From positions 124,001-188,000 of the forward strand of contig CDROCS010000171.1 in NCBI GenBank assembly GCA_977020255.1: a stretch of 64,000 nucleotides of DNA, read 5' to 3'. Below are positions 52,880 to 63,653 of the stretch, piece by piece. This DNA comes from Obrimoposthia wandeli. Lineage: Eukaryota. Made by a program: the position numbers and the translations under genes. A model generated the notes under the pieces. That model saw only the letters and a list, made by a program, of their open reading frames with translations, made no database searches and was not told the DNA's origin. The first letter of the stretch is position 1. Each line of letters opens with the position of its first letter.

Positions 52880-53928
52880 ATGTATATGGTTTTACCAAGT
52901 AACGGATGTCCGAAGACTCAACCAGATAATGACGCTAGTAGCTTTATTATCGATTGGGAAAATTCTATAAATCTCCAAGGAGAATGGGAAGCGGCTTTAA
53001 CAGAATTTTCTTTTTATTATTCTCCAATTACTATCAAAAAATCTCACATATTTCGTTTACAAAAGAAGTTGATCATGAAAAAACAACTGAAGTTGTGATC
53101 GGGTTTGATAGTAAAGGACAATTATATTACAATTGTATAGATAAAGAAGTGAAAGTAATATTTGAAAATAACAAAGTCAGATTTAAAAATCGATTAAAAT
53201 TTCTTCAAGTTATTAAAATTAATTTTGAATCTAAAAAAGAAGCTCTTCAATTCAGTTTTGATAGTGAATAAACAGTAGCTCGTAATAAACGGGATATTAT
53301 CTCATCTAATTCGGTTAGAAATGTTCCTGGTAGAGTAGCAAAAGTGTTGTTACTTGAAACGAGACCAAAGACTGTAGTGGAACTGAAAACGTTTTCAAAA
53401 GATTATAAAATAGATAGTGAAGTGAATTTCTGTAAATTAATACAGAAGGAATGTAGTGAATATTTGGATAAATGTGAAACATTAAATGGTAAATTAATGT
53501 TTACAGTAAAGAGCAATATAAAACGAGTTTCATTTGATGATAAACTCGCTAAAAACCTTGGTTTAAACAGAAATAGCTTTGAAACCTATACAATAAAAAC
53601 CATAAAAGCTAAAAATAAGGCAAAACTTTTAAATGCTGTTAATCATTTATATATTTATACTAATTTAATAGAACCAACGCTTGTAGGAGGACAGCGAGTT
53701 CCACTTTTGAGAACAATATGGATATCTAAAAATGAAACTAGAGATGGGGACACTGTCGGTATGTGTATAGATCAACCAATGTATCTTCCAGTTTCTCTCT
53801 TTTCTATAAACAATATTGAAGTAAATATTAGAGATGATTCCGGACAACTAATAGATTTCACGTACGGGGCCAAGACAAGTTTAACAATACATTTAAGAAA
53901 ACAAAATGGCGAATCCAGCAATAATTGA
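52880..53928 (+). pseudogene. Penton / minor capsid protein (frameshift about 53050, stop at 53269-53271)
   Basis: N-terminal LPSN...SF...LQGEWEAALTE and C-terminal YIYTNLIEP..VG...PLLR...IEVNIRDDSG motifs. Confidence 0.85.
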
Positions 53929-54283
53929 AGCTTATAGTCAAAGCCAACAAGGTGGAGAATTACCATATTTTGTTGGTAAACAATACGGATCTGGCTGGCT
54001 TAGAACATTAGGTAGATTTGCCTTTCCTCTTTTAAAGAGACTCGGGCGATTTATATCAAAATTAGGAAAGGATTACCTTTCATCAAAAGACAACAAACTA
54101 ATACCAACTTTTAAGAAGCATGCGCTTGATGAACTTGATAATGTTTTACCTGAAGTTGCTAATTTGATTAGAAAACGTAAATCAAATAAAAGCCAAGGAG
54201 GTAGTGGATTTAAAAGTAAAAAGAAGCTAAAAATTAATATAAACAAACGTAAGAAAGTTGAAGGAACAATATTTGCAAAATGA
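53906..54283 (+). CDS. pVII-like basic core protein
   Basis: QQGGELPYFVGKQYGSGWLRTLGRFAFPLLK with QxGxG motifs and a basic C-terminus. Confidence 0.75.
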   Translation: MANPAIIEAYSQSQQGGELPYFVGKQYGSGWLRTLGRFAFPLLKRLGRFISKLGKDYLSSKDNKLIPTFKKHALDELDNVLPEVANLIRKRKSNKSQGGSGFKSKKKLKININKRKKVEGTIFAK

Positions 54284-54465
54284 GTTGCGCCAAAACTGAA
54301 TTATGTATTTTTGATAAACCGCCTCCACAAGTAGTTGTAGATAATGCTTCCTTTGACGAAATATTCCTAGTTAACTCAGTTTCAGGAACCACTTTAACCG
54401 ATTTAGAATTTAATATTAATGGTTCCAAGAGCGAGTATTTAGATTTGAATGATACTTTGCTTTAT
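54280..54465 (+). pseudogene. Hexon / major capsid protein, 5' stub only
   Basis: CAKTELCIFDKPPPQ...LEFNINGSKSEYLDLNDTLLY is the Polinton MCP N-terminus. It then runs into antisense PolB sequence. Confidence 0.85.
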
Positions 54466-54475
54466 GATCATCATA

Positions 54476-57400
54476 CGAAACCTGTCCCTCGCTTTCATCC
54501 TTAAATTTCCCGATAATGTCCTTTAAACTCATAGAGTGTAGAGGATGGTTAACGGGATATTTATGGGTATCTAGTAAGTTGTCCCTAAACATTGCTGGTA
54601 ATAATTTATTATTTAAACTAACATTCCTACATTCTAAAAAGAAAGAGTCAGTGTCCCCAGCTGCGATTTTAATCTCACAATTAAATTCTTGTCGGTATTT
54701 CTCCAATTCTATGTATTGAAGCTCATACATTCTGAGTTTAGAAATGTCTAAAACCGTTTGACCTATATAACTCGGTCGATTGAGACAAATACTCTGTTTT
54801 ACTAATAACACTGCTACCAAGTCATCTGCAATTGTAAAACTACGCTTGAAGTTGTACTTGCTAGTATATGTTATTAGTTTACGCTTATCATTGCAAAACC
54901 GTAGACAAATACGTTTCCGCAAGTCCTCTACAGTTTTTCCAAAGAGACTATTACTTTTTAACTTGTAAAAATCTCGATCGAATTTGCTAGTGGCCAAATT
55001 ACGTTTTCTTGAATTCTTCTCAATATAGTCTTTAAACACAAAGTTTTGACTGAAGCTTATAGCACGATGAATTCGAGTAACTTTCGCTCCCAACTTTAAG
55101 TAGAATTGAAGAAGCCGCCAATGCACAACATAATTCAACTTGTCTTCATGGGTTAACAATAATTTCTTAACCTTTGAATTAGGTGGGCATTGATGAACAG
55201 GCGCTACTGGAAGATCATCTAATTTATCATGCACATTGGGAGGGATTTTTATGTCCACCTCAACCAAATAGCCGACGTCGGATGAAACTGTATCAACAGT
55301 AGCCAAATCTGTCATCAACTTATTCAACTGATCCACATCATAAACCCACTTAAAGTTGGCATGAGGTAGAGGTTGAGTAAGCGCCCACCCATACAAATTA
55401 TTAATATCGATGTACAGAATCTCCGTGGATTGATTTTTGACAACATGATGTTTGTTGACAAAAGTCATTCCACCGCGTATACCATAATCATACATTTGAT
55501 ACATCGCGGGATCTTGCAGTAACTCGATATTAATTTTAAGAGTTTTTATTGCTGTTGCCCATAAAAGACCAGGTAAACTAAAGAAATGCATGGGATCTAG
55601 CCCATCTTCTGCTAAAGACTTTACACGAAAGGACTCAAAAACATCAGCTAAAAGATAAATGTCTAACTTCATATAATAAAGCATATATTCTAAAAGATTT
55701 CGACAATTATTCACCCAAAATGTACGGGCCTCATTATAGTCTTGAAGACTTACACCCTCAAATTCAGTTATGGGTGGGATTTCACTTGTATTTTCTAAAT
55801 CTGCGAAAGTTTTCGCAAATTTATACGGAAAAATCCCCTTATCGTTAACCGAAGCTGGGAACACTGACTGTGTGATTGGCCATGCATTTAAAGATGCCGT
55901 TAAATTTTTTAAAGACCCGCTCAAAAACTGCAGAGAATCTATGAATCTTAAACTGCAGAATTATATGCAGTTAAAGATAAATATTTCTCCGAAGTTTGAG
56001 GTATACATGAAATTTCCCAAGAGCTTAATGTACCCAACGCGTATTTAAGTATATGATGCAAATCATATCCTTTGAGATTATGAAACACGATGGGAATGCG
56101 TGGTTTTTTAGGGAGACGACGGCCAAGGTTACAAAGGTTGCACGCCGCTCCCAAGTATCGCCCCGTAACATGATCGTGATCTCTGACTAACTTAGACTGG
56201 GTTCCACACAAATAACATAATCTACAAGAATTAAAATTAACCCAGTCTATGCCTGTCATGATCATTGCTTGATGAGCATTAAGATCATACCACGGTTTGA
56301 CAATTGTTGTTCCTAATTCCTCTAATTTTAACATCAAATCTAAAATACAATTTGGACCGGAAAATTTATGATACTGGATAATATTGGGGCCTAAGAATAG
56401 TAGTCTTGCCGAAGCCGGTAGGTGAATACTCTCATACTGGTCGTGCAATGCTAAAATTGACTCAAAATCTGCATACACCCTGAATTCCACGGGTATGCAT
56501 TTTGCCCAATCCCTGAATTTTAAATCCTTATCCTTAGGCATGCTATATAGCGTATTGTCATCAGGATTCAGTGAACATAATGTCAGATATTTGCTGTAAG
56601 AGAGCTCGGATCGGAACCCATGCAAACATCTATGACACCACTTACACATTATCCTAACTGGTAAGGATCCATTATCTAAATTTAGAAGACGATCTAAACT
56701 GGGAATTGCAGCATAATGGAATTTATTATTCTGTTCGAGCAAAATTAAGTTGACCTAAGTCCCCTCATTTTAGCTCCTATAAATTACATCTACAAAAGGA
56801 TTTTTAAAAATTTCTTCATCTGTTACATTAACTGGGATATCAGTATTATATTTGAATACATTAATACTCAAGTTATTAAGATGTTCAAATCTTGATATCG
56901 CAGTTAATTTAACAGGAAAATCTATTCCATGATACTGCAATTCATTTAAAAAAGGGGTATATTTACTGACACGCTCTCTATGCTCAGTAATTACATCCTT
57001 TTGAGGATGGCCAACACGCTATACAGAAAGCAAAGGTTATCACTGTTTTGTATGTTAACAATGGAACGTGAAAGTTGAAGAGATCTAGGTGAAGGAATGT
57101 ATGAACTCCCCGAAAGATATATCATGTCAGTGAACTTTGTTAGAACAAAGCTAACATCGTGAATTCTAACTAGAGTCCATCCACTACTTAACTCGCTATA
57201 ATTAGCAATTTTTTCATCCAGTTTTTTTCCAATTTCAGTTACAAAATTATCATAAAAAACAGTTGCTTTATGTGAAATTACCCAAGTTTTAGTTTCCTCA
57301 TTGACATTTTTAAACTGCACTGTTGCGCAAAATTGAACCTTAGCCTGTCCTAATTTAGTCACTTCTGATTTTAAAAGATTTTCAATATTTGAATCTACAC

Positions 57401-58666
57401 CTACGTTTAATAAAATTTCATTTCCTAATGGCACCTTAACTATAACATATTTATTATTTAGGTGATACTCTATAGTAGCACCATTTTCTCTACGTTTTTT
57501 GGGTGGGACCTTATTAAGAAATTGGCCTCGCCTCTTTCTTCCGTTTGTCGCTGACAAACCTCCCCCTAATTGAACGGTAAGACAACTATTTATATTAATA
57601 GTTGAGACAATCGCAGCTGAGGTTGAAGGTGCTGCTATTGGTGATGCTGCCGATGTTGAGACAATTGCAGTTGATGTGGAAGCTGCTGCTATTGTTGATG
57701 CTGCCGATGTTGAGGCAACTGTAGATGATGTTGAAGGGACCGCTGACCTTTCCGATGAAGAAACGGCTGTTGTAGAAGTTAGTGCTGCTGAAATAAATAT
57801 ATTAAAAAAATAAATATATTTTTAAAAATTATTACCTCTAAGACGTGCTAACATCGATGTAGGCACTCGCGATGGTGGAGGCATATCTGTTGTAGCAGAT
57901 GACGATTGTAGAACTGTATTTCCTGAATAAAAAATAAAAATAAAATATATATAATAAAAAATAAAATATATAATTTAAAAATAATAATAAAAAATACCTA
58001 ATGAAGGCAATCCAAGTTGAGCTGGAATGAAGTCCTCTTCATTGATGGAATCCATCCAGCTGTCGTCCGACATCTCGACGAATTCTGATTCCTCGATGGT
58101 CTCCAACCAGGTGTTGTCGCTCCACTGCTCCATCTCGAAATCTATCTGGGTGATATTTCGCATCCAGTCATTGTTTGAGAATTGGGTTGCTGGTGCCAAT
58201 TCCTCAAAATCTTCTTCGGATATGTCGTTCATCCACTCATTGTTAGACATTTGAGTGGATGTGGCAGCAGCAGAATCAGGAGCCGCGAGAGAAGGACCAA
58301 TGGCAGGACCATAAACTGGTAGACTGACTGCCACTGGAATTGGAGGTGGAGCTCGAGCGGCCTGCGAATCGCGCACCAATTGGACGATATCCCTCTTCTT
58401 GTTGTTGGCCGTGAAACACGATAGGTGAGCTCGATGTTCACAGAAGAATTCTCGAAACTCCTTCTCCTCCATTGTTCTGCAGAAGGGGCAGACGAAGAAC
58501 AGAACACCTTGAGACTTGGTCCGGTAGTATGCAGACATTGTCTCCATGCAGGACTCTCCTCCATGCGGAGCCGAAGCACCGCAATACGCAGGGAATAGGT
58601 TACACGTAATCTGAAATAATAAATATTAATAAGAAAATAATAAAAATAAATTCTTACCATAGGCAT
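54476..58666 (-). pseudogene. polB: Protein-primed DNA polymerase B with spliced N-terminal RING-like/acidic-repeat extension; C-terminus deleted
   Basis: Predicted exons 58666-58658, 58610-57998, 57922-57836 and 57787-about 54476, all phases compatible. PolB motifs DHDH, IVFHNLKGYD, YIDINNLYG, KSNSLFGK and GDTDS. Frameshifts about 57000 and about 55950, stops about 56760-56780. Confidence 0.88.
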
Positions 58667-58920
58667 TATTTCAAATTGTCGGGGATTTAAATGAAGAAAG
58701 TGTTTGCTTATATACTAAAATTTATGCACACATGCTCTTTTCCTATTGGATTAAAAAATTGAATTTATTCCTCCACTGAGAAGGATTGTTTATCTGTTAT
58801 TGGATGAATTTGGATTATTTATATATTAAAGGTTGAAAAATCTTTATTCCTCCAATCAAAAGGCTTATTTGTAAATAAATGTAAATTTTAATAATGAATT
58901 CCTCCAATTAGAAGAATTGT

Positions 58921-59409
58921 TTATCTACATGTCAAGTAATAATAAGAAAGACTTAAACATTTTTTATATGCGCAATGGTCACCATGATTACGACATGGAC
59001 AGCAAATATTTTGTGGAATATTTAATAGATGATCACGTGAAATATTTAAAGTATTCAACCTCAATTTAGGAAAATATTTTTTTAAAGTCTTATATTTTTT
59101 ACCATCCATGTCATCTAAAACATAAAAAATTCCATTTTCAATTTCAAAATTAGATTTAATAGTATCGAAAATACATATTTCACAAAAAGCCTTATGTCCT
59201 TCTTTCCATTTTAATAAATGGAAATATTTAGTTAGATATAAATTAGTAAATTTTTTCTTATAATCTAAACTTTTAAATGGGATATCTATATGAAATATGA
59301 AATGCAAAGGATGAAAAACGTCGCATAGATCCATAATACATAATTATTTTATAATATAATCCTCATTTTTGTTAATGAAAGCCTCAAAATCTATGATATA
59401 TTCCTGCAT
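58921..59409 (-). pseudogene. Conserved Polinton protein, DEDD-exonuclease-like N-terminal motif and Cys/His C-terminus
   Basis: The 137-aa ORF extends upstream through a frameshift and stop to MQEYIIDFEAF (ATG 59409). C-terminal CCPCRNHGDHC. Confidence 0.55.
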
Positions 59410-59532
59410 AATTACCCAAATCTGTAGAAAATCCCGTTGTTTATAACGAAAAACTATTAATCAAAAATTTATTAAAATGACGAGGTAGTATTTAGACAAT
59501 TTATAACATAATCAATAAAGACAAAATAATAA

Positions 59533-59863
59533 TCTATAAAATTAATGTTTTTGTGGAAGGACCCTCTTCCGGTTTAATCTGGAGGATTCGCTTTCTTGCT
59601 GCTCGCCGAACATCCTCCGTCTCTTCTCTTCTTTTTTCCTCCACTTTCCTTTTTTACATTTCGATTTTCTTGTTCCACTCCAAAACCCGACGTCGTTCTG
59701 CTAGCCGCCTGTCCTGAATATCCACCCGACGATTCCACTCGGTCGCGACAGCAGTATATAAATTCTGGTTGAGGATCCTCTTTCGTAAATCTCCTTTCTT
59801 CTCATTTATTCTTATATTTGACTCGATCTTCGTCACCAAACTTTGCATTTTAATAAATTCCAT
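59533..59863 (-). pseudogene. Basic coiled-coil protein (premature TAA at 59654-59656)
   Basis: The frame continues past the stop as KRKVEEKRREETEDVRRAARKRILQIKPEE.... TATA-like run at about 59898-59907. Confidence 0.5.
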
Positions 59864-60113
59864 TTTTTAATTATGAAGATGTTAATAAATTTGAACCTAT
59901 ATATATAAATTAAAGATATTTTTAATCCAATCACAAGCAATTAAAATATATTTATCAAATGGAAGTTTAATAAATATATAACTAATCATTGCATTTATAT
60001 TTAATCCTAAAAAATTAATTATTCCTTAACAATCCAATCACATTCGAATAAGGTAACTTTATTTTAATAAACTTACGGAGGATATTTTAATATTACTAAA
60101 TTCTAAAAAAAAA

Positions 60114-62219
60114 CTAATGTTTATGAATTATATTCTTGAAAATCCTTACGAAGTCTTCATTGGGATCATCGGGGTCGTATTCTCTCCGACTAAGTATTAT
60201 AGGAGAAAGCGGTACTGGTTCCTTCTTCTTTGGCCGGCCCGGTTTCTTTTTCGGCTTCACCGGTTGCTGTACAGCAATTGTCCTTCCCTCAGGTTTTGGC
60301 AATAGTTGCCGCAATGTTTTGGGAGGAGGTGCAGCCGATGTTGATGGCCCCGACATAGAAGCAGTAGGCTTCCTCTTCCGCGGAGCTTTCTTCTGTTTCT
60401 CCTCCTTCTCACGCTGAAGCTGGCGTGAGACGGCATCCTGTTGCCCACGCGAATCTGGAACCATTGCGGGTGTATCCAGTTCCGCTAGGAATTCGTCCAA
60501 ACCAGCGTCATCCCAGGCCCTCTTCAAGTTCTGGCTGGTTGTTGGACGAGGAGAAGCAGTATCCTGCAGGCGTTGTTGACTCGAGTGCGGACTTATCTCG
60601 ATCGGCGAGACTGGGATCCTCTCATATAAGATAGGCCCGTCGTCCATTGGAGGAGGGAGAATCTCCTGCTGGCCAATCACCGCCTCAGAATAATGGCCAA
60701 TTGAGGTTTGAATTTTTCTCGCGCGCCTCGTCTTCTTCACCTCTGCCCGCTTTGTCCTTTTCTTAGGGAAAGGAGTAACTTCTCCTCAAGTCTCCTCAAT
60801 TATCCGGACAGGTTCCTGCAAATGAAAACAAAAATAAAATTTCAAATAAAATTTTATTTAAATAAAAAAAAAATTTAAAAAGAATTACCTCAATAATCTT
60901 AGACGGAAGGTTTTCCTGCCGCTCACTCGTTACTTCACTCGAATTGAGCAGACAGGATTTCGCCTTTCTAAGACGCCGTGTCTTCCGTACAGTAAGCTGC
61001 CTCGTTCGCTTATGCGGGAAAGGAGAACTTTTGGCCCATGTCTCCTCAGTTAATATTATTGGTTCCTGCAACAAAAAACATTAATAAAATTTAAACATAT
61101 AAATAATTTACCTCGATGACTGGCAGATTAGCCTGTTTCACCAACTTGGCCTTCTTCCGATGGACTGTATTGGTTTTGATTCGATGACGTCGAGCTTTCT
61201 TAACTGCCGCTTGCTTCCTATCGACAGGTAGTCTCCGAGATGCCTCCTCCCAAATTTCCTCCACCAATTCAGCTTCCTAAGTGAATAATTAAATAAATTT
61301 ACTAATTTATAATAATATACCTCAATTTTAGCCGGAGTCGGTAGGTATCTCTGATCACTCCTGGGATCATACTGGCTACATTGACTCGCCAAGTATTGCG
61401 GTTCAATTAGCCTCTCAATCGTGGTCACTGACGGTACCATATCCAATTGCAGTTTCTGAAAATAAAATTAAAAAACATTTTAAATAAATGATTTCTAACC
61501 TCATTCGTCGCCTTTATTCTCCTAACAGGACGTATCGGAGATTGTGGCCTTCTGAATGGATCAGGCACTGTATTGTTGGGTATCGGAGTCGGCGTTGTAG
61601 AGGGAGTGAGACCATCCCATTTGTCAGTGAACAGATCCCACTCATCTTCATCCATTTCTGCAACCATGGACTCGTTGGCTCCAGGGGCTCCGATACTTGG
61701 CTGTATCCACTCCTCCTCCCCATCCGACGGAACGTCATCAGTAAACAGCTCCTCGTCTGAGTCTGGTGCCAGTATTATCTCCGGTTGAGACAGCGGGATC
61801 AATTTCCAGGGGCATTTGATTGCCGCCTTGAAATTGTCGAAGAGATTGGATCTCCTTGCTGCTACTGCTGAAGTTGCTGGACGATCGGCTTCTGTGTTCA
61901 GCCTGGGAGTACAGTCTTCCCAATTATCTATCGAATCCTGACTAGTCAGATCGATATATTGGGATCTCTGTACCCCACCTCGCACGCTCATTGGTTGTTC
62001 TCTTGGAGTTGAGCTGGCCAATGGCGGTTCTTCTTCTAGCAACAGTTGGGCTCTTGCTGCTGCTTCTCCTTCGTCTCCTTCACTCACCACCGACGAGTCT
62101 TGACTAAGTAAGTCAATGTACTGCGCCGGTGGTGGCGTTCGCTGCTGTACTGGAGAGAGATCTCCATACAGCTGAACCTCCGTCTCTTCATCCAAATCGA
62201 CGTTATTGAAATTTGACAT
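60114..62219 (-). pseudogene. Multi-exon Polinton gene A, copy 2 (SIM-like motifs, basic repeats, AT-hook)
   Basis: Exons 62219-61500, 61455-61321, 61276-61112, 61065-60889 and 60815-60114; phase-0 GT-AG introns of 44, 44, 46 and 73 bp. One TGA at about 60786 lies where the paralogous exon 4 has TGG. Confidence 0.75.
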
Positions 62220-63050
62220 TCTTGCTTCTTGATTAATGATATTTGATTTATGAAAAAATAATGAAAAGAGGTTTCCTTATATACAAAAATAATAGACTAA
62301 CCCCTCTTTTGTCGTCCAATGAGAGCGGGTTAATCAAATAATTTATTTGAAAATCAGTAGGCTTTTCTCAATTTTTTAACTATGTTTGAATGCTGGAATG
62401 TCATTGGATAAAACATATTTTATTCGAAAATATAACTATTTTCTTAAGATTTTCTTAAGATTTTCTTGTATAAGTTTAACGTCCAATGAAAACGTATTAT
62501 TCAAAGAATTTATGTTATTTTCTTAAATTTTGTTAATATTTGAATACATGTATGTCTTTGGATTTAAAATAGTGTTGGGGTTTCTATACGAAACTTGGTA
62601 TAGAGCCTCTTATGTGCGGAGGGCCCCAACGTGAGTTCGATTAGAAGCAGGTCTTAAAGTTGGTCGTGGCCTACTTAGTGTTATGGTTGCCTAATCTCTT
62701 GTACTATCTGAAGGTATTTGATTTGATGTCTCTTATTCTGAAGGGTGTAAAAACAACTTGTTCTAATGTAGGAAATTGTTTATTCAAAATTCACGTAACT
62801 AAACACCACAATACGTTTATGTACGTATCTTCTAAAAAGTACAGTAAAAATTCCTAAGACTTCTGTAAGTCTCTACCACAAGTGGGGATGAACCACGTAT
62901 CGATTTTATGCTAAGGGTGATCGAGTCTTTAGAGTCGTTCCTCTAACTCGCGAATAAGCTCAAGTTAAGATTTTCAAATTAATGTGGCTCTTATGTCAAA
63001 TTTCAATTTAACTTTATTGGTAAACTTTTATCTTTATACCAAAACTATGG

Positions 63051-63198
63051 CAATTTAGACAAAACTTCTCTTCAAACTTTTATGTCAATTTAGACAAAAC
63101 TCCTCTTCAAACTTTTGTGTCAACTTAGACAAAAACTCCTCTTCAAACTTTTATGCAATTTAGACAAAAACTTCTCTTCAAACTTTTATGCAATTTAG
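63051..63198. repeat. 35-bp tandem repeat x4
   Basis: CAA(T/C)TTAGAC at 63051, 63086, 63121 and 63156, with a partial unit at 63191. Confidence 0.9.
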
Positions 63199-63231
63199 GA
63201 CAAATTAGACAAATTGTAATGTCAACTTTAT

Positions 63232-63570
63232 GACAATTTTAAGATAAGGGAAAAACTTCTTTTATTTACTTCAGGACAATCTTAAGACAAATTATACAAA
63301 TCGTAACTTTACGACAATTTTATGATAAGGGAAAAACTTCTTTTATTTCCTTCGGGACAATCTTAAGACAAATTATACAAATCGTAACTTTACGACAATT
63401 TTATGATAGGGAAAAACTTCTTTTATTTCCTTCGGGACAATCTTAAGACAAATTATACAAATCGTAACTTTACGACAATTTTAGGATAAGGGAAAAACTT
63501 CTTTTATTTCCTTCGGGACAATCTTAAGACAAATTATACAAATCGTAACTTTACGACAATCTTAGGATAA
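63232..63570. repeat. 81-bp tandem repeat x4
   Basis: GACAAT starts at 63232, 63313, 63394, 63474 and 63555. Confidence 0.9.
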
Positions 63571-63653
63571 TTTTAGTAATCTCTCTTACGTTTTTTGATG
63601 TGTCTCGAGATTGAGGTATCCCGAAGCGCTCCGGAATATACTGCGATCGAACA

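Larger units (their letters stand above)
48133..62572. mobile_element. Polinton/Maverick (adintovirus-like) copy 2; internally deleted, decayed, right end interrupted by an LTR
   Basis: Left TIR starts AGTAGGTGG. Contains ATPase, rve integrase, penton, hexon stub and pPolB. Confidence 0.95.

Noticed and set aside
58229-58666. 145-aa ORF MPMVRIYF...
   Set aside because: It reads through the 47-bp intron into an off-frame. The spliced frame gives the Zn-finger leader instead.
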